From an uncultured delta proteobacterium (lineage in GTDB: Bacteria; Myxococcota_A; UBA9160; SMWR01), in NCBI GenBank assembly GCA_963832165.1, contig CAWHTE010000005.1, positions 32,001 through 96,000 of the forward strand: 64,000 nucleotides of DNA, read 5' to 3'. The stretch's first letter is position 1, and the number at the start of each line of letters is the position of its first letter. Position numbers and translations under genes: made by a program. Below are positions 43,767 through 55,008 of this stretch, piece after piece. The notes below the pieces were generated by a model, which saw only the letters and a program-made list of their open reading frames with translations, was not told where the DNA came from and did no database searches.

Positions 43767-44512
43767 GGGCACTCCTGCGAATCTTCGGGCTCGCTCGTCG
43801 GCGTTTGCGGGCGGCGCGCGAGCGCGGCCGCGGCCGCCGCGCGCTCGGCGAGCCGCTTGCTGCGACCCGTGCCCGTGCCCCAGGGCTCGCCGGCCACGCG
43901 CACCTCCACGGTGAAGCGCACGATGTCGTCCTCGATCGCGCTGTCGGCCACCGTGTGGTAGCTCGGCGTCGCGCGAAGCACGGCGTGCGCCCATTCCTGG
44001 AACGAGGTCTTTGCGTCGGCCACGAGCGAGCTCTGCGGGTCGCCTGTGAACCAGGCCGTCACATAGGCCTGCACCGGCGCGAGCCCGCCGTCGAGATAGA
44101 GCGCGCCGATCACGGCTTCGAAGACGTTGGCGAGGATCGAATCCTTCTCCGCGCCGCCCGAGCGCAGCTCGGTGCGGCCGAGCTTCACGAGCGCGGGCAG
44201 CGCGAGCTCGCGCGCGCGTTCGGCGAGCGCATCGCCGCGCACGAGCGACGCGCGCGCGCGCGTGAGCTGGCCCTCGTGCCACTCCGGATGCGCCGCGTAC
44301 AGCGCCTCGCCCACCACGAGGTCGAGCACCGCGTCGCCGAGGAATTCGAGCCGCTCGTTGCCGCGGTCGCCGCGCATCTCGTGCGCATACGACGCGTGCG
44401 AGAGCGCCGTGAGCAGGGTATCTCGATCGCGGAACTCGTAGCCGAACGCGCGGGACAGCACGGCCACCGGATCGACCTCGGGTGCGGCGACCGGTTCCTG
44501 GCCCGAGCTCAT
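43763..44512 (-). CDS. rnc: Ribonuclease III
   Basis: NERLEFLGDAVL, EAVIGALYLDGG, C-terminal dsRBD. Confidence 0.96.
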   Translation of the reverse strand: MSSGQEPVAAPEVDPVAVLSRAFGYEFRDRDTLLTALSHASYAHEMRGDRGNERLEFLGDAVLDLVVGEALYAAHPEWHEGQLTRARASLVRGDALAERARELALPALVKLGRTELRSGGAEKDSILANVFEAVIGALYLDGGLAPVQAYVTAWFTGDPQSSLVADAKTSFQEWAHAVLRATPSYHTVADSAIEDDIVRFTVEVRVAGEPWGTGTGRSKRLAERAAAAAALARRPQTPTSEPEDSQECP

Positions 44513-45678
44513 TCTAGGCGGACCTTCGCGCTCGCTATCCGCTCGCGCTCGGGCTCCGCCCTACGCTCGCCTGCGGCTCGCTGCGCGTCGGCCGACTTTC
44601 GTCGGCCTCCTTGCTCCGCCCCCGCGATCCACCCCCCGCCGAGCACCACGTCGCCGCAGTAGAACACCGCGGCCTGACCCGGCGCCACCGCGCGCACGGG
44701 CGCATCGAAGTGCACGAGCGTGGCGTCGGGGCCCGCCTCGAGCTGCGCGGGCGCACCCGCGTGCTGATGCCGGATGCGGACCTGCGCGCGCGTGCCCGCA
44801 GGCGGCGCCGCGCCCGCGATCCAGCGCACCTGCTCCACGCGTGCCACGGGCGCCTCGAGCTCGCGCTCCCCGCCCACGACGACGCGGTTGCGCGGCGCGT
44901 CGATCGCGGTCACGTAGCGGCGCTCGTCGGCCGCGATCCCGAGGCCGCGGCGCTGGCCAACCGTGTAGTGGTGGATCCCGCGGTGCCGTCCCAAGACGCG
45001 GCCCTCGCCGTCCACGATGTCGCCGTCGCCCGGCAGTGCGCCAGCGCCCGCGACGCGCTCCACCACGCGCGCATAGTCGCCGTCCGGCACGAAGCAGATC
45101 TCCTGACTCTCGGGCTTGTCCGCGGTCGCGAGCCCGAGCGACCGCGCGCGATCGCGCACCTCGGGCTTGGTCATCTCGCCGAGCGGAAACTCCACGGCTT
45201 CGAGCTGCGCCTGCGACAGCCCGAACAGGAAGTAGGTCTGGTCCTTGCTCGCGTCGACGGCGCGGCGCAGCCGGCGCAGGCCCGTGTCGGGGTCGCGGTC
45301 CACGCGTGCGTAGTGCCCCGACGCCACCGACTCCGCCCCGAACACACGCGCGCGCTCGAGCAGATACTCGAACTTGAAGCTCTGGTTGCACACGACGCAC
45401 GGGATCGGCGTGCGGCCCGCGAGATAGGCATTGGCAAACTCGTCGATCACCTCGCGCTGGAAGCGCTCGCGGTAGTTCGCGACGTAGAAGCGCATGCCGA
45501 GGCGATCCGCGACGCGGCGCGCATCGTCGGCGTCGTCGAGCGAGCAGCAGCGCGAGCTCGAGCCCGCGAGGTGCATCGTCACGCCGATCGCCTCGTCGCC
45601 GCGCTCCACCACGAGCGACGCCGCGACCGACGAATCGACGCCGCCCGACATCGCGACGACGACGCGGCGCGCGCTCAT
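44509..45678 (-). CDS. mnmA: tRNA 2-thiouridylase MnmA
   Basis: AMSGGVDSS, TPIPCVVCN, SGHYAR, KDQTYFL, ESQEICF, TVGQRRGLG, APGQAAVFY. Confidence 0.96.
   Translation of the reverse strand: MSARRVVVAMSGGVDSSVAASLVVERGDEAIGVTMHLAGSSSRCCSLDDADDARRVADRLGMRFYVANYRERFQREVIDEFANAYLAGRTPIPCVVCNQSFKFEYLLERARVFGAESVASGHYARVDRDPDTGLRRLRRAVDASKDQTYFLFGLSQAQLEAVEFPLGEMTKPEVRDRARSLGLATADKPESQEICFVPDGDYARVVERVAGAGALPGDGDIVDGEGRVLGRHRGIHHYTVGQRRGLGIAADERRYVTAIDAPRNRVVVGGERELEAPVARVEQVRWIAGAAPPAGTRAQVRIRHQHAGAPAQLEAGPDATLVHFDAPVRAVAPGQAAVFYCGDVVLGGGWIAGAEQGGRRKSADAQRAAGERRAEPERERIASAKVRLE
44564..44587. repeat. Short REP-like element, copy 2
   Basis: CGCTCGCCTGCGGCTCGCTGCGCG inside the non-conserved 3' tail of mnmA. 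Confidence 0.55.
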
Positions 45679-46820
45679 GCCCGTGCCTCGCGCGCACGCG
45701 CCACGAGATCGGGCAGGCGCGCGAGCACGGAGTCGATCTGCGCCTCGTCGGTGCCGTGCCCGACGCTGAAGCGCAGCGTGCCGCGCGCCTCCGACTTGGA
45801 CAGACCCATCGAGACCAGCACGTGCGAGGGCTCGACCGAGCCCGACGCGCACGCAGCGCCGGCCGACACCGCGATGCCCTCGACGTCGAGCGCCTGGAGC
45901 AGCAGCTCGCCGGGCGTGTCGAGGAACGCGAGATTGAGCGTGTTGGCGAGCACGTGCTCGAGATCGCCATTGCGCGACACGCCGGGCACCTTCGCCGCGA
46001 TGCCTTCCCAGAGCCGATCGCGCAGAAGCGCACAACGCGCGACGCGCTCAGGCAGCTCTCGGCGCGCGAGTTCGCACGCGGCGCCGAGGCCCGCGATCCC
46101 GGCGAGGTTCTCGGTACCGCCGCGCCGGCCGCGCTCCTGCGGCCCGCCGCGCAGGAACGGCGGCAGCGCGATCCCGCCGCGCACGACGAGGCAACCGACG
46201 CCCTTCGGCCCGCCGAACTTGTGCGCCGAGAGCGAGAGCAGGTCGATCGGCAGCGCGCCGGGCGCGATCGCGTGCTTGCCCACGGCCTGGGTGGCGTCGC
46301 TGTGCATCCAGGCGCCACGCGCGCGCGCGAGTGCTGCGATCTCTTCGATCGGCTGCAGCACGCCCGTCTCGTTGTTGGCCCAGATCGCGGTGACGAGCGC
46401 AGTGTCGTCGCGCAGCGCCGCGGCGACGTCGTCGACCGCGACGCGGCCGCTGCGGCCGACGCCCACGCGCGTCACGGGATGGCCCTGTGATTCGAGCCAC
46501 GCGAGCGCGGCATCCACCGAGGGATGCTCGATTGCGGTGGCGACCACGTGCCGGCGCCCGTCGGGTCGCGCTGCGACCGCTGCGAGCGCGGTGTTGTTGG
46601 CCTCGGTCGCACCGGCCGTGAACACGATCTCCGCGGGCGCCACGCCGAGCAGCAGCGCCACGCGCTCGCGCGCGAGGTCGAGCTCTGCGCGCGCGGCTGC
46701 ACCCTCGGCGTGGACGCTCGACGGGTTGCCCGGCACGTCGCGCAGCACGCGCAGCATGGCCGCGGCTACCTCCTCGCGCACGGGCGTGGTCGCGTTGTGA
46801 TCGAGGTAGATTCGCATCAT
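45675..46820 (-). CDS. iscS: Cysteine desulfurase (IscS/NifS family)
   Basis: YLDHNATT, GNPSS, ANNETG, SAHKFGGPKG, SAGAACASG. Confidence 0.92.
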   Translation of the reverse strand: MMRIYLDHNATTPVREEVAAAMLRVLRDVPGNPSSVHAEGAAARAELDLARERVALLLGVAPAEIVFTAGATEANNTALAAVAARPDGRRHVVATAIEHPSVDAALAWLESQGHPVTRVGVGRSGRVAVDDVAAALRDDTALVTAIWANNETGVLQPIEEIAALARARGAWMHSDATQAVGKHAIAPGALPIDLLSLSAHKFGGPKGVGCLVVRGGIALPPFLRGGPQERGRRGGTENLAGIAGLGAACELARRELPERVARCALLRDRLWEGIAAKVPGVSRNGDLEHVLANTLNLAFLDTPGELLLQALDVEGIAVSAGAACASGSVEPSHVLVSMGLSKSEARGTLRFSVGHGTDEAQIDSVLARLPDLVARAREARA

Positions 46821-46838
46821 GGCCTTCGCTCCCGCACC

Positions 46839-48189
46839 CTAACCGTGTGAGACGGGAGGGTCAATCGACCCCGGAGGGCCCAGCTCGCGCATCAGGTCCG
46901 CGAGCGTGCGGTCGCCTGCGCCCTTGCGGGCGGCGCCGTCGACCTCGTCGAGCAGGTCTTCCACGAACGCGCCCGTGCTGCGCCGATCTTCGGCCGGCTC
47001 GCGCGCGCCGCGCACCGCGGCCAGCGACGTCGCTCGCCGTGATCGCCTCCGCGGGGCGCCCGAGCTGGAAGCCCGGCTCCTGCCCCACCTCTGCGACGCG
47101 CGTCGAGAGGATGCCCGCGTCGATCAGCTGCATCGCCACCCTGCGGACCATTCGCACGGGCACCTGGAGCTCGTCGGCGAGCTGGTCGGCCGCGGGCGCG
47201 GGCGCGCCCGCGCCGAAGCTGCGCGCGACGTCGAGCGCGATCTGGAGCGCGATCGCCTCGCACTGGGCCGGACTGGCCGGCTTGCCGTGCGTCTCCTGGC
47301 GATAGAGCGCGAAGTTCTGGTGCGCGAACGCGATCTCGGCGCCCAGCAGCACGATCGCCCAGAACACGTAGATCCATGCGAACAAGAGCGGCAGCAGCGC
47401 GAAGCCGCCGAAGAACACGTCCGCGCGCGCGACGCCCACGCTGAAGTTCACGTAGACCGACTGCGCCACCGTGACCATCACGCCCGCGAACACGCCACCG
47501 ATCGCCGCCGAGACCACGCGCACGGCGGCGTTGGGGAGGAACCAGTACAGGAACGTGAATGCGACCGTGAGCATCGCCGCGGGGATCCACGCGTTCATCG
47601 GGTCGGCGATGAACGGCATGGGCAGCTGCGACGCGGGCCAGTGTCGCTGCAGGGAGGCGCCCAGCGAGAGCGCGAGGCCGCCCAGCAGCGGCGCGACCAC
47701 GAGCACCGCGAGATAGTCGGCGAAGCGGCGCGCGAAGCCGCGGCCGCTCGCCACGCCCCAGATGTCGTTGAGCGAGCTCTCGACGGTCCCGAGCCCGAGC
47801 ACCGTGGTCACGAACAGCACCGCGCCGCCGAGCGTGCCGAAGCCCGTGAAGTCCACGCCCTCGATCAGCGCGCGGATCACGCCGGCCGCACCGGGCGCGC
47901 CCGCGGAGATCATCCCCACGAGCCAATCGATGAAGCTCGCGCTGCCGATTCCGACCGCGCTCGCGATCGCCACCACGACCGCGAGCAGCGGCACGAGCGC
48001 GATCACCGTGAAGTAGGAGAGCGCACTCGCGCGCAGGAGCAGCTGGTCGCGAATGAAGCCCTCGCCGAGCATGATCGAGAACTGCAGCAGCCGGATCGCG
48101 GACAGGCGCGAGCGCTGCTCGGGCTCGATCTCCCAGATCTTGTGCGCGAAGAAGTCGCGGATCCGCGCGGGCCACTCCAGCACGCTCAC
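46839..48189 (-). CDS. YihY/BrkB membrane protein with C-terminal Rrf2-like winged helix (one frameshift near 47025)
   Basis: RASALSYFT, LNDIWGV, LYWFLPN, IVLLGAEI; C-term LADELQVP...LIDAGIL...GFQLGRPAEAITASDV. Confidence 0.85.
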
Positions 48190-48617
48190 GGCGCCTCCTG
48201 CCCTGATTCGGTGTCACCCGCGAGGCTATCGGCTTCGCGCGCGACGCGCGTCCCGAACTGGAGCCACGGCGCGGCGCGCCGCAGCGTCACGCGGCCGATC
48301 CCGTGCACGCGGCCGAGGTCCGCCAGCGACTGATAGGCGCCGTGGGCGCGCCCGGCCACGATCGCCTCGGCGCGCGCGGGCCCGACCCCCGGCAGCGCCT
48401 CGAGCGCGGCGGCATCCGCGGTATTCGGGTCGAGACCGAGCCCGAACAGCACGCGCGCCGGACCGCGCAGCGCAGCTCCGCCGGGCGCCTCACCGCACTG
48501 CACGCGCCGCGTGTGGCCGTCGATCGCCTCGAGCTCGCTCGGGTGCTCGCAGGCCTCCAGCCGATCGCCCGCGGGTGCGAGCGCGCCACGGCCGATCTCC
48601 AGCGCGAATAGCGCCAT
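48186..48617 (-). CDS. ComEA-like helix-hairpin-helix protein (start uncertain, may lie slightly upstream)
   Basis: DPNTADAAALEALPGVGPARAEAI...DLGRVHGIG. Confidence 0.8.
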   Translation of the reverse strand: MALFALEIGRGALAPAGDRLEACEHPSELEAIDGHTRRVQCGEAPGGAALRGPARVLFGLGLDPNTADAAALEALPGVGPARAEAIVAGRAHGAYQSLADLGRVHGIGRVTLRRAAPWLQFGTRVAREADSLAGDTESGQEAP

Positions 48618-48661
48618 CGCCAGCCCCAGGCCGGCGTGGATCTCGCGCGACTCGAGCCGTC

Positions 48662-49903
48662 TCAGCGTTCCGCCGCCGGCGCCGCCGCACCGGCCTCCAC
48701 GAACGCGGCGTGCAGCGCGCGCACCGCGAGCTCGGTGTACTTCTCCTCGATCACCACCGAGACCTTGATCTCGCTGGTCGAGATCAGCTGGATGTTGATG
48801 CCCTCGTCGGCGAGCACCTGGAACATGCGCGTCGCGACGCCCGCGTGGTCGCGCATGCCGAGACCCACGATCGACACCTTGGCGATCTCGGGGTCGCCGT
48901 CGACCGCCTGCGCGCCGATCTCGCGCCCGGTCTGGCGCGTGACCTCGAGCGAGCGCGCGTAGGAATCGCGCGGCACCGTGAAGGTCAGATCGGTGGCGCC
49001 GTCCTGCGAGAGGTTCTGGATGATCATGTCGACCACCACGCCGTCCTGCGCGAGCGGCGAGAACAGGCGCGCTGCGACGCCGGGCACGTCGCGCACCCCG
49101 CGCACGCGGATCTTGGCCTCGTTGCGGTTGTAGGTCACTCCGGAGACGACCAGCTCTTCCATCACCTGCTCCTCCGGAACCACCCAGGTTCCCGTCGAAT
49201 CGTTGAACGACGAGCGCACGTGCAGCGGCACGCCGAAGCGCATCGCGAAGCGCACCGAGCGGATCTGCAACACCTTCGCGCCCAGGCTCGCCATCTCCAG
49301 CATCTCGTCGTAGGAGATGCGCTCGAGCTTGCGCGCGCCCGGCACGATCCGCGGGTCGGCCGTGTACACGCCGTCGACGTCGGTGTAGATCTCGCACACG
49401 TCCGCGCGCAGAGCCGCTGCGACCGCCACGGCCGACGTGTCCGATCCGCCGCGCCCGAGCGTGGTGACGTTGCCGGCCTCGTCGATCCCCTGGAATCCCG
49501 CGAGCACGGCCACCTGGCCGCGCTCGAGCGCGTCGCGCAGCACGGCGGTGTCGATGCTCTCGATGCGCGCGCGCGTGTGGGCGGTATCGGTGCGCATGCC
49601 CATCTGGGCGCCCGTGAACGAGCGCGCGGGCTGGCCGAGGCGCTGGATCGCCATGGCCGTGAGCGCGATCGTCACCTGCTCGCCGGTCGAGACGATCTGG
49701 TCGTACTCGCGCGGGTCCGCGTCTTCGCCGCCGAGGTCGCGCGCGAGCGCCACGAGCCGGTCGGTCTGCCCGCTCATCGCCGACACCACGACGGCCACGC
49801 GGTTCCCGGCCTTCACGGTCTCCACGACGCGGCGCGCGACGTTCCGGATCCGATCCGGGTCGCCGACGCTCGTGCCGCCGTACTTCTGGACGATCAGAGC
49901 CAC
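48662..49903 (-). CDS. lysC: Aspartate kinase
   Basis: [38 protein letters not shown], two ACT domains ending ISTSEIKVS. Confidence 0.96.
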   Translation of the reverse strand: MALIVQKYGGTSVGDPDRIRNVARRVVETVKAGNRVAVVVSAMSGQTDRLVALARDLGGEDADPREYDQIVSTGEQVTIALTAMAIQRLGQPARSFTGAQMGMRTDTAHTRARIESIDTAVLRDALERGQVAVLAGFQGIDEAGNVTTLGRGGSDTSAVAVAAALRADVCEIYTDVDGVYTADPRIVPGARKLERISYDEMLEMASLGAKVLQIRSVRFAMRFGVPLHVRSSFNDSTGTWVVPEEQVMEELVVSGVTYNRNEAKIRVRGVRDVPGVAARLFSPLAQDGVVVDMIIQNLSQDGATDLTFTVPRDSYARSLEVTRQTGREIGAQAVDGDPEIAKVSIVGLGMRDHAGVATRMFQVLADEGINIQLISTSEIKVSVVIEEKYTELAVRALHAAFVEAGAAAPAAER

Positions 49904-50047
49904 GGGATGACTCCCATGCGTGCCGGGACCGGTGTTTCGGGTGGAGGAGGCGACGCTCGAGCGGGGCCCGTAGGTTCGCGCAGGATCCCGAGCCAGGCCA
50001 CACGCAGGGTGGGCAACGACGAGAGCTTTGCCCACCCTACCGCCCAG

Positions 50048-52147
50048 ATGACGCCCCGGATCTGGCAGAGCGCCCTGGGCCACGTCGCCGCCGCCGTCGC
50101 CGCAGCGCTGCTGCTAGTCGCCGTAGGCCAGCCCCTGTTCACGGACGACGCGTGGTGGCACCTCGCACTGGGCCGTGCGTTTGGCGAGCACGGGCCGTGG
50201 CTTTCACAGGATCCGCTGCTGATCGCACCGCAGAGTCCGCCCTCGGCCTCGGCCTGGCTGTTCGATCTCGCGCTGCACGGAGCTCACGCGCTCGCGGGCT
50301 TTGCGGGACTGCGTGCACTGCACGCGGCGGCGGTGGCCGCCGTGCTCGGTCTGGTCTGGTCGCTCCTGCGGCGCGCGAGCGGATCGGCGCTCGCCGCGAG
50401 CGCGGGCACCGTGATCTTCATCGCGCTGTCGACCTATCGCCTGGCCCAGCTGCGCCCCGATCTGGTCACGATCGCCTTCTCCCTTGGGCTCTACCGGGCA
50501 CTGATCGACACCGAGCGACCGCCGTCACTCGCGCGCATCGCTTCGTGCGCCGCGTTGTTCGCGCTGTGGGCGAACGCGCACGCGGCGTTTCCGGTCGGCC
50601 TGCTCTTGCTGGGCGCCGCCGCGTTCGCCGCGGGCGTCAGCGCGATCGCAACGGGCGAGGAGTCCGAGAAGGCTCGCGCGCGCCGGCTCGGCGCGGCCTG
50701 GTTGGCCGGGCTCGCGGCGACGCTGTGCAACCCGATCGGCGTCCGCGCCTATGCGGCCTGGTTCGCGGCCGGGACGAGCACGCCATCGCTCACACGAGTG
50801 CTCGACGAGTGGTCCCCCGTGAATCCGTTGGCGTGGCCCCAGCCGACGCTCCCGCCCACCCCCGTCGCGTGGTTCCTCGTCTGGGGTCTGCTCGTGGGTA
50901 CCGCGCTGCTCGTGCCGCGCGCGATCGCATCGCTGCGCGCAGGAGCGCGCGCGGATCGCATCGACCCGGCCGCCGTGGGTGCGGCCGCGATCTCGCTCGC
51001 GCTGATGCTCGCCGCGTCGCGCTTCCTCTGGCTCGGCGTGTTCCCGCTGCTGCTCCTCGCACGCGCGCTGCGCGGCACCGCGCGCGGAAACTGGGTACTC
51101 GCGCTCGCGCCCGCGCTGTGTACGGCGCTCTTCCTGCGCTGGGGCGACTGGCCGCTCGTAACCCGCGCGCTGCCGCGAACCCTCGAGGGTTATGCAGCGC
51201 CCTACGCGGCCGGAAAGTACTACCCGGAGGCGGTCTGGCTCGCGCGCGATGCGGGTCTCGAGGGCGGACTCTATTGCGACTACTTCCAGGCCGGCTTCGC
51301 GGGCTACTGGCTCGCGCCGCGCATCCGCACGCTCACCAACGGCACGCTCAACGTCCCCACCGCGACCTTGAGCGCAGCCGCCGCGATCGGAATCCGCCGC
51401 GGCGTCGAGCCCGGCGAGACCTTCGCTGCGCTGCTCGATCGCTCCGGCATCGATCTGTTCCTGGGCATCCGTCTGCCCGAGACCGGCAATCCCTACCGGC
51501 CCTGGGTATCCACCACGGCGCACCTCGAGGACACGCCGGGCTGGATCCCCGTGTTCCGGAACCTCGGCGCCGCGCTCTATCTGCGCAGCAATGAGCGCAA
51601 CCGCGAGAACCTCGCCCGCATCGCGCAGTACTACGCCTCGCAGTACGTGCCGTTCGATCCCGCGCGCGGCTTCGAGCCGCTCGCGGCGATCCGCGCCGCC
51701 CCGGACTGGGCGCGCGACCACGGTCTCATGCCCGAGGGCTTCGGTGCCCTCGATCACGTCGCGCGCACGGGAGCGGGTGAGAGCGCTGCGCTCGCGCGCG
51801 ATCGCATCGCCGCGATCTACGCCTCGCTCGGAGCCTATGCCGAGGCATCGGCGCTCGACCGCGAGATCCTGCGCGAGCGGCCGCAGGCCGTGCGCGCGCG
51901 TCGCCGCCTCGCGTGGAACCTGCTCCATCTGGAGCGCTACGCCGAAGCCCAGGAAGCGGCGGCGGGCCTAGCGGATCGCCCCAAGGACGATGCGCTCTCG
52001 CACGCGATCGCGCGCGCGGCGCACAACCTCGGCGCGTTCGAGCCCGACGAGGCGCGTGCGCGGCTGGCGCTCCTGCCCGCGTTCGAACGCTCGGAGGTGC
52101 CGTGGCTCCTCGCGGGCGTGCCGCCCGCGCAGGCGCGCACGCGATAG
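50048..52147 (+). CDS. Multi-pass membrane protein (GT-C-like) with C-terminal TPR
   Basis: [33 protein letters not shown] motifs; TPR-like C-terminus; ATG at 50048. Confidence 0.7.
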   Translation: MTPRIWQSALGHVAAAVAAALLLVAVGQPLFTDDAWWHLALGRAFGEHGPWLSQDPLLIAPQSPPSASAWLFDLALHGAHALAGFAGLRALHAAAVAAVLGLVWSLLRRASGSALAASAGTVIFIALSTYRLAQLRPDLVTIAFSLGLYRALIDTERPPSLARIASCAALFALWANAHAAFPVGLLLLGAAAFAAGVSAIATGEESEKARARRLGAAWLAGLAATLCNPIGVRAYAAWFAAGTSTPSLTRVLDEWSPVNPLAWPQPTLPPTPVAWFLVWGLLVGTALLVPRAIASLRAGARADRIDPAAVGAAAISLALMLAASRFLWLGVFPLLLLARALRGTARGNWVLALAPALCTALFLRWGDWPLVTRALPRTLEGYAAPYAAGKYYPEAVWLARDAGLEGGLYCDYFQAGFAGYWLAPRIRTLTNGTLNVPTATLSAAAAIGIRRGVEPGETFAALLDRSGIDLFLGIRLPETGNPYRPWVSTTAHLEDTPGWIPVFRNLGAALYLRSNERNRENLARIAQYYASQYVPFDPARGFEPLAAIRAAPDWARDHGLMPEGFGALDHVARTGAGESAALARDRIAAIYASLGAYAEASALDREILRERPQAVRARRRLAWNLLHLERYAEAQEAAAGLADRPKDDALSHAIARAAHNLGAFEPDEARARLALLPAFERSEVPWLLAGVPPAQARTR

Positions 52148-52189
52148 CGGCGGGCCACCTGCGTCGGGCCCGCGTGATAGGATGAGTCC

Positions 52190-52942
52190 GTGACCGACAC
52201 CCGCGTGCAATTACGCGCTGGGATCGTGGGCCGCGCCGCGCTGCTGGCCGCCGCGATCGCGCTGATCTCCGGATGCGCCGCCCCGCGCAACCACCTGTAC
52301 CGCAGGAGCGCCGCGGACTTCGAGCGCGCGATCGTGCTGCCGCTGAACCTCGTGTCGAAGATGCCCGGCGAGCTGATCGACTCGGCCCGGTACGTCGACC
52401 GGGCGCTGCTCGACTACCTCGCCCAGCACGGAAAGGCCGTCGAGGCGATCGGATTCTCCGACGCGAGCGCCGCCTGGCGCGCGAGCGAGGCGGAGTGCCG
52501 CTCGCAGGGCAAGAAGGACTGCAATCGCTTCGCGGGCGTCGCGCGCTTCATGGCACAGCATCTGCGCCGCGATCGCGACTTTCAGATCCTGATCATTCCC
52601 TATCTATTCGTGCGCAGCTCGCGGATGGCATCGGGCCTCTCGCGCTGGCACGGCGTCGAGCGAACCGTCGAGCGCGTGGGCAAGGGTTATGCCGCCGACA
52701 CACCTCCGCGGCAGCTGCGCGGCGACATCCGCGCGGCCTCGCTCAAGGTGTTCGCGTTCTCCGCCGAGGGCGAGCGCGTGTTCGAAGGCGTCGGCGGGCT
52801 CGAGCTCGTCGACCGCCTGTACGCGCCCGAGGGCTACACGGACTACGACGTCGAGCTCCGCGACGACCTGTTCCAGCACCCCGAGCCGCTCCGCGAGGGC
52901 GTCGCTCTCGCGCTCGAACATCTCGTGCCCCAGGGCTCGTAG
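52190..52942 (+). CDS. Hypothetical lipoprotein
   Basis: Lipobox ISGC after a hydrophobic stretch; natural-looking 250-aa ORF. Confidence 0.7.
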   Translation: MTDTRVQLRAGIVGRAALLAAAIALISGCAAPRNHLYRRSAADFERAIVLPLNLVSKMPGELIDSARYVDRALLDYLAQHGKAVEAIGFSDASAAWRASEAECRSQGKKDCNRFAGVARFMAQHLRRDRDFQILIIPYLFVRSSRMASGLSRWHGVERTVERVGKGYAADTPPRQLRGDIRAASLKVFAFSAEGERVFEGVGGLELVDRLYAPEGYTDYDVELRDDLFQHPEPLREGVALALEHLVPQGS

Positions 52943-52946
52943 CGGC

Positions 52947-53438
52947 TCACCCCTCGACCATCGGTTGAAGCTCCGCGCGCCACCGCGCGAGCAGTGCGGC
53001 GGCGTTCGGTCCGCGCGCTTCCATCTCGAGCTCGCGTTCACTCTCCGCGCCGCCGCGCGCGAGGCGGATCTCGAGCCGATCGGCCGGCCACGCGCCCGGC
53101 GCGCGCTCGGGCCATTCCGCCACCACGAGCGCACCCGGCGCGAGCCAGTCCAGAAGGCCCGCCGACTCGAGCTCGGCCTCGCTCCCGATCCGGTAGCAGT
53201 CGACGTGCACGAGTGCGCGGCCGCTCGCGAGCGGGATCTCCTGAGCCAGCACGAAGGTCGGGCTCTGCACCCGATCCGGATCGATACCGAGCCCGGACGC
53301 GAGCCCCTTCACGAAGCGCGTCTTGCCGGCGCCGAGCGGACCCGAGAGCAACACGATCGCGCCCGCCGCGTCGATCGCGCGCGCGAGCGCGGCCGCGAGC
53401 CGCTCTGTGGCCTCAGGGCTCGGGGAATGCAGCTGCAA
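52947..53438 (-). CDS. tsaE: tRNA threonylcarbamoyladenosine biosynthesis ATPase TsaE
   Basis: GPLGAGKT, VQSPTF, HVDCYR, AEWPE. Confidence 0.94.
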   Translation of the reverse strand: MQLHSPSPEATERLAAALARAIDAAGAIVLLSGPLGAGKTRFVKGLASGLGIDPDRVQSPTFVLAQEIPLASGRALVHVDCYRIGSEAELESAGLLDWLAPGALVVAEWPERAPGAWPADRLEIRLARGGAESERELEMEARGPNAAALLARWRAELQPMVEG

Positions 53439-55008
53439 GCTCGCGCTCGAACGGCGCGGGTACGGGCGTGTCGCGCAGCGCCGTGATCACGGCGGGCAGC
53501 GCGGTCAGGAGCTCGTGGGCGAGCAGACCCGTGTCGCCACGGCGCGCCGCGATGCGATCGCCCGCGGCACCGTGCAGGAACGCGCCGAGCGCACCCGCGC
53601 GCAGCGCGTCGACACCCTGCGCGAGCAGCCCCGTGATGATGCCGAGCAACACGTCGCCGGTGCCGCCGCTCGCGAGCGCGGGACCGCCGGTCGGGTTCAC
53701 GATCAGCTCGCCGTCGGGCGACGCCACCGCGGTGCCTGCCCCCTTGAGCACGACCACGGCACCGCTGCGCGCGGCCAGCTCACGCGCGGCGCTCGCGCGA
53801 TCCGCGTTCACCTGGCCCGCCTTCACGCCGAGCACCACGGCCGCTTCTCCCGGATGCGGCGTGAGCACGGTCGGCGCGCGCCGGCTGCGCAGCAGATCGA
53901 GCTCGCCCGCGAAAGCCACGACGCCGTCGGCATCCACCGCGAGCGGCAGATCGAGCCGCTTCGCGAGCGCACGCACGAGACCCGTGGTTTCGCGCGCGCG
54001 GCCGATCCCGGGTCCGAGACCCACCGCATCGCGCGTGGCCGCGAGCGCGACGATCCCCTCCTCGGCGGCCGCCGCGAAGCAACGCGCGCCGGTGTCGGGC
54101 AGCGGCGCGGTCATCGCCTCGGTGACCTTCGCCTCGAGGATGTCGTTGAGCCCGGCCGGACACGCGAGCGTCACGAGGCCCGCGCCGACGCGCCCCGCCC
54201 CTTCCGCGCACAGCGCCGCCGCACCGGTCTTGCCCTCGGAGCCGGCGACGAGCAGCGCGTGGCCGAAGGTTCCCTTGTGCGCGTCCGCGGGTCGCGCGGG
54301 CAGCGCCGCAGCCGCGCCCGCGCGCGTCCACAGCGTCGCGTCGAGCCGCAGGTCGGGGGCCGCATCGGCAATGCCGATCCGCGCCACGAAGATGCGTCCC
54401 GCGAGTCCGCGCCCCGGCTCGAACGCGAGGCCGAGCTTGGGCAGCCCGATCGTCACCGTGACGTCTGCGGCCACGGCGGCGCCTAGCACCTGTCCCGTAT
54501 CCGCGGACAGCCCGCTCGGCAGATCCACCGCGACCACGCGGATCGCATCCGGCCGCGCACTGCGCGCCGCGTTGATCCGCTGCACGCTCGCGCGCGCGTC
54601 GCCCGAGAGCGCGCGCGCCAGACCCGTGCCGAACAGCGCGTCGACGATCACGCCCGCTGCCGGGGCGCGCCAGCGCTTGCCTTCGAGCGGTACGCCCGCC
54701 GCACGCGCGCGCGCGAGCTGCGGGGCGGCGTCGCCGGACAGACGCTCGCTGAGCAACGCCGCGCGCACGGGCACACCGAGCGCGTGCAGGTGGCGCGCCA
54801 CGACGAGTCCATCGCCGCCGTTGTTCCCGGGCCCGCACACGACACACACGCTTTCGCCGGGCGAGAGGCGCGCGAGCACGGCCTGCACCACGGCGCGCCC
54901 CGCGCTCTCCATGAGCACGTCACCGGGTACGCCGAGCTCGTCGATCGTGTGCCGGTCGAGCGCCCGCATCTGTGCGGCGCTGACGAGCGGCCACACAGCA
55001 CGCGTCAC
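53413..55008 (-). CDS. nnr: Bifunctional NAD(P)H-hydrate epimerase/dehydratase
   Basis: LMESAG, GPGNNGGDG, DALFGTG, DLPSG, HKGTFG, LTPHPGEA, LASGGTGDVL. Confidence 0.95.
   Translation of the reverse strand: MTRAVWPLVSAAQMRALDRHTIDELGVPGDVLMESAGRAVVQAVLARLSPGESVCVVCGPGNNGGDGLVVARHLHALGVPVRAALLSERLSGDAAPQLARARAAGVPLEGKRWRAPAAGVIVDALFGTGLARALSGDARASVQRINAARSARPDAIRVVAVDLPSGLSADTGQVLGAAVAADVTVTIGLPKLGLAFEPGRGLAGRIFVARIGIADAAPDLRLDATLWTRAGAAAALPARPADAHKGTFGHALLVAGSEGKTGAAALCAEGAGRVGAGLVTLACPAGLNDILEAKVTEAMTAPLPDTGARCFAAAAEEGIVALAATRDAVGLGPGIGRARETTGLVRALAKRLDLPLAVDADGVVAFAGELDLLRSRRAPTVLTPHPGEAAVVLGVKAGQVNADRASAARELAARSGAVVVLKGAGTAVASPDGELIVNPTGGPALASGGTGDVLLGIITGLLAQGVDALRAGALGAFLHGAAGDRIAARRGDTGLLAHELLTALPAVITALRDTPVPAPFERELAAAFPEP

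Noticed and set aside
49904..50047. Possible lysine riboswitch upstream of lysC
   Set aside because: A 144-nt divergent intergenic region with no recognisable L-box features.
48053..50047. N-terminal half of the 1364-aa plus-strand ORF
   Set aside because: It is antisense to lysC and comEA; the real protein starts at ATG 50048.
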